From Callorhinchus milii (lineage: Eukaryota), in the NCBI RefSeq assembly GCF_018977255.1, contig NW_024704742.1:9302001-9366000 (forward strand): 64,000 nucleotides of DNA. The letters run 5' to 3'. The first letter of the stretch is position 1; every line of letters begins with the position of its first letter. This document shows positions 63,231 to 64,000 of the stretch, piece by piece. The notes under the pieces were generated by a model that was given only the letters and a program-made list of their open reading frames with translations, searched no databases and was not told the DNA's origin. The translations under genes were made by a program, and so were the position numbers.

Positions 63231-63464
63231 ATATTTTGATTTGAACAGGTTATATTGTGCTGCATCTCTGTTGGAAACTAGCTCCAGGCATCGTCTAAGT
63301 TAAATGTTTTTGAGAAGGCAACTGACAGCTTGTTCAACAGAGGAATGAGAGTGTCTCTTATTGCAGTTTAATACCCATGTTTCAAAGACTCTCGTATTCC
63401 TCGGAATTTGAATTCAATGTAACACTTTCTGTTGCATAATTTGCAAATAGATCTATTACAAATG

Positions 63465-63504
63465 ATTATTCAAATACTCAATTTGTATTGAGTATTTGAA
63501 TAAT
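63465..63504. repeat. Perfect 18-bp inverted repeat with 4-nt spacer
   Basis: ATTATTCAAATACTCAAT-TTGT-ATTGAGTATTTGAATAAT. Confidence 0.95.
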
Positions 63505-64000
63505 ACTAAAATACTATGGGAAAAGACACTCGCCATTAATGAGGAAACCCCTTTTTGTTTTATGAGATGTGGACTTGTTTCATGTAGACATCGAGTGGGC
63601 TTTTAAAATTTGTTTTATTCATTATGATTTTATGTTTGACATTTCTGGGTTTTTAGATAATGCGAGTAACTCACCAGGGCTCTCGTTTCTATCAGTGCAG
63701 GCTTCTATCTGGTTTCTATATTCCATTCACACTCCAGCATGTCTCTCGTGCCCTTTGTTCCACCATTGGTGACTGTGCTTTAGTAGGGTGGGTGGTATTA
63801 GGGTGGGTGGTAGTAGCGTGGGTGTTAAGGAAGGATAAGATCAGATAAGAGGGCCTTCTTCATCCAGACTGATTTTGTGATCTTCTGTAAATTACAGAGA
63901 GTAACAACTTTGTACAGAGAATTGATGATGTTTGCTCATGACTAAATGTTCTTGTTTGTTAAGCAACTGAAGTGCTGATTGGGTTTTAGGCTGTGGAATG

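Overview
This is eukaryotic, non-coding vertebrate DNA, most likely from a cartilaginous fish. The repeat complement resembles that of chimaeras/elephant shark; this is inferred from the repeat families only. I found no supportable host protein-coding exon, rRNA, true tRNA or CRISPR array, so the window reads as a large intron or intergenic region. It is dominated by retroposons: (1) a young ~370-bp tRNA-Ala-headed SINE with an L2-type (ATT)n tail, in long and short subfamilies; (2) an older Deu-domain SINE (SacSINE1/AmnSINE1-like); (3) many 5'-truncated L2 LINEs; (4) CR1 3' fragments; (5) one L1/Tx1-clade insertion with an 11-bp target-site duplication (TSD). The longer ORFs in the track are LINE ORF2 remnants or repeat artefacts. 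The most interesting unexplained signals are a five-copy, ~580-nt non-coding interspersed element full of nested stems that pair best on one strand, a ~235-bp near-complete palindrome, and a 27-bp minisatellite carrying 12 CACGTG E-boxes. Boundaries were read by eye and are approximate unless exact motifs are quoted.
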